Shown: positions 60,831 through 64,000 of the stretch, piece after piece | How positions within the stretch are numbered: position 1 is the first letter of the stretch | Layout: each line of letters starts with the position of its first letter | Source of the DNA: Paragordius varius | Taxonomy: Eukaryota; Animalia; Nematomorpha | Direction of reading: 5' to 3' | DNA: 64,000 bases | NCBI GenBank assembly: GCA_964247055.1 | Contig: OZ176053.1 | Coordinates: 4,154,001 to 4,218,000 of the forward strand | Notes under the pieces: generated by a model | Told to the model about the DNA's origin: nothing | Databases searched by the model: none | Seen by the model: only the letters and a program-made list of their open reading frames with translations | Made by a program: the position numbers and the translations under genes

Positions 60831-61459
60831 AAATTTACTATGGGCAAGAAATAGCGTCGCTTAAACTACTTAATTTTAATAAATTAATATTTTATGTATA
60901 TAGCATATATTATTATTTTTAACGAAAAAATTTATTTTAATTCTGGTAAGTTTTACAATAGTTGATACACACAACCATCAGTTCTAAAATAAGAGGAAAT
61001 GTTCTTATTATTTGGTTTATGCAAATCACACAACATCTGAGAATAATTGTAATACCGCTTGAAAATAATATTAGATGGGATGCGGATTTGCCTGTTACAA
61101 AATATTCATTTATGAATCCAAAAATTAGTTCAAATTGAATGACTCTTTTTGTGATTTTTTTGGTATGTTAATTATAGGAAAAATTAATTATGTTATATGT
61201 ATTTATCTTATAAATAAATCATTTATTTGAAATGAGCAATATAGATATGGAAGACTTGTTATTGCGTAATCATTCAATGAAACATATCCCTAAACAATAA
61301 ATATATTTAATAAGTTTAATAAATGTCAGTCTTTAACCATTGGTTATAATGATTTTCAAAAAAAGAAATAATTGTTACAAAAGATTGATTAATTTGTGGT
61401 TAATTAAAAATGTATCTTCCATTTACTAATAACAATCTATCGATTAAAAACCTCTTTAA

Positions 61460-63348
61460 TTATATATATGGTTGCCATCCGGCAAAAAGTTTGCTCAAAT
61501 TTTTAGGATCCATGGCTTCTCGTATCAAATGATTCACCTAAAAGCAAGAAAAATAATGGATAAAACATATTTATAAAAATAAAATAGGGACAAAATATGC
61601 ATTTATGTTTTAATAACAACTTACATGCCCTTCCACGCTCATATAATGCCCATCTTCTAAACCTTGGAGTTTTTGTTTGACACGCAGGATAACTCTTTCA
61701 GCCAATTTATTTGTATCGTTAGGGTTATTGGATGATTTCACTTTTGATTCCATATTTTGAGTTTTTTGATTACTGTTGAATTGGGAAACGTCAATTTTTT
61801 GACGTTTATTTTTATCGACTCTTTTGTTTGTAGAAAGTCCAACGCCATTAACAATGTTGTTATTATTTTCGATTAAATCATCATTATTAGGTCTTTGCTT
61901 TTTCATAATTTGATGTGGTGATAAAGTCCATATATACAATGGATCATATAAAAATATTTCAAGAATTGTCAAAAGCGATTCATAATTATCACGAAGTAAT
62001 TGGAGAGATTTTTCGCATGTTCTAAACGGTTATTTGAACAAAGTCAAATTAACTTAAATTATGGTTGATGATATACAAAACCATTAATTTAGTTTTTTTA
62101 TCCCTAATTTATTTTGATAATAATTCAATTTGTAAAAAATACCGGACCTGACAAACAAATATAAAGACATATATTGGTAGTGTGCGGAAAAATATTAAAA
62201 AACAACTCTTAGGCCAAAAATAATTAAAAGTCTCATAAATTTTAACATATATAGATATAATTTAATAATAAAAAACGCGCATCTAAATCAAATTACGTGG
62301 AAAATAATTTATTCTATAAAATTTAAAAATAGCATTTACAAAAATATTTCTAATTAGGCTATTTACAATTCATAAAAATCAATCGTTTCTAAGCATAGTT
62401 ATACATAGAACAAATACATTTTTCAAAAAAAGAATAAAATTATTTTAGAGGTTTGCCCCTACAATTAAATCCAATATACTGAAAATTACTTTCTAAATTT
62501 CCCTTCTATACCAAAAATACCCATTCCATTGACCACATCTCTAGTTAAGCGGAATGGAACGGTTTCAGGGGTCGGCAATAACTTACCTTGTTCAAACGCC
62601 ACACCTAGATCGATATGAATGATTTTTCCCGTATTTTTTTGGATCAAAATGTTTTGCACATGTCTATCGCCCAAACCAAGGATATATCCAGCTGTAAGAT
62701 ATAAATAGGTATTCATCAAAAATATTTGTTTTTTTCCTCTAATTTTAAGGAACGAAATTAACATTACAGACAAAAATAACCAAGCATTTACTAATTCACA
62801 AATCAAATTTATTGGAATTGTCAAAGAGAAAAAAAAATCCTCTCCCTTTGAAGGGCATGTTGGCATAAAATGCATGTTCAGGAGTAGAAAAACATTGTAT
62901 AAAAACTATATATTTAATTCGGTAAATATTGCAATTAATTGCAAAAAAATTAACAAAGAAATCAAACGATTGACTGGTAAATTTCGGAATTGTAAATTGC
63001 AAAATAGTAACCATAATTTTGCAATTAATTATAAATCATAATCGTTATTTATTCTACAAAATATAATTAATATCTACCAAGATACAAAACATAAATCGCA
63101 CAATATTGGGTAAGAATTAATTTTTTACTCAATAGTTATAAAATAATTTCAACGTAGGATCTAAATTCTTAAAAAAGCAGTGTTATTAAATAAATACCCA
63201 TTGATGTCATAGCCACGCTTGCTGTGTATGCACTTCTTTTCATAACCCATTCTTGAGGATTAACAAAGTTTTCAAAGAAAAAACTATGCATAACAGGTTT
63301 AAAATGACGGCAAATATCCTGGTAGGCACTTAATTTGTCGGACGTTGT
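61460..63348 (-). CDS. ATM: Serine/threonine kinase ATM, PI3K-like kinase C-lobe and FATC domain; 5'-partial
   Basis: Exons (minus): 63348-63198, 62691-62490, 62021-61625, 61537-61460 (TAA). Motifs [80 protein letters not shown] and [30 protein letters not shown] are ATM-specific rather than ATR-like. Upstream exons lie outside the window. Confidence 0.96.
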
Positions 63349-64000
63349 CTATTATTGATAATAGAAATTTTTGAAATAATTGAACCATAAAAACTGGGTT
63401 TTTAAGTTATTTCATCTTCTTCCCTTATTACAATAAATACTGTCATATTATTGGCTATAAAGATCTTTCAATTGAATTTTCATTTACCAAAAAACGATAA
63501 TTATAATTAAAAATTGGGTTATTCACTGTAAAAACAAATAACTTATTTAAAAAACGGAATGCATTTAAACTATCCTCTTTGAAAAAAATGATTTTAAGGG
63601 GGCAAGGGGTTGTTATTATATAAATATTAAATTATAAATACAATTACAACTTATAAGCTGATCTTTTGTCTCATCTAATATTTTTTAGTTTTATTCATTT
63701 TTAATATTTTAAAATTAATTTAATTTGAAAGAAATTCTACATTTAAGTTAAATTACGCTAAAACGTACATAATCAAATTTTTAAAATGTAGCCTACATGT
63801 CCAAAATACGTTACACACGTAGGCAATACTGTATACCTAATGAGATATTACATAACTAGGTATATAAAACAAATCAAAGCAATATCATATAATTTAAACA
63901 ATAGAGTCGGATAGGAAGCTAAGCAATGGACAGAAGAAGAAAGTCCACCAAAATTAGGGCATTTTAACTTTTTAATTTATATTTCATACATAACGAAAAA

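Overview
This is a very AT-rich, intron-containing eukaryotic (animal) genomic window; the species cannot be identified from sequence alone. Four conserved genes lie on the minus strand, and their exons were assembled by hand using GT-AG boundaries and reading-frame continuity. They are a DOCK-C family (DOCK6/7/8-like) GEF (<1..~6400, running off the window), a complete 15-exon CMIP (12819..21774), an 11-exon DBH/MOXD1-like DOMON plus copper type II monooxygenase gene (39634..51996), and the 3' end of ATM (61460..>63348). There are also two unassigned genes: a small spliced gene on the plus strand (~28370..29180) and an Asn/Lys-rich, probably secreted protein on the minus strand (~34527..37262). 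The remainder is intron and intergenic DNA full of decayed transposons: hAT elements and MITEs, a non-autonomous Helitron, mariner, Ty3/Gypsy, RTE LINE and a possible copia fragment. Two observations stand out. First, the MOXD1-like protein appears to have lost 4 of its 6 canonical copper ligands, making it a probable pseudoenzyme of about 1,170 aa with His-rich insertions. Second, the DOCK gene needs three consecutive GT-AG introns of only 22, 25 and 28 nt to stay in frame, alongside ordinary introns of 70 nt to several kb. Homology calls rest on recalled family motifs, not database searches.
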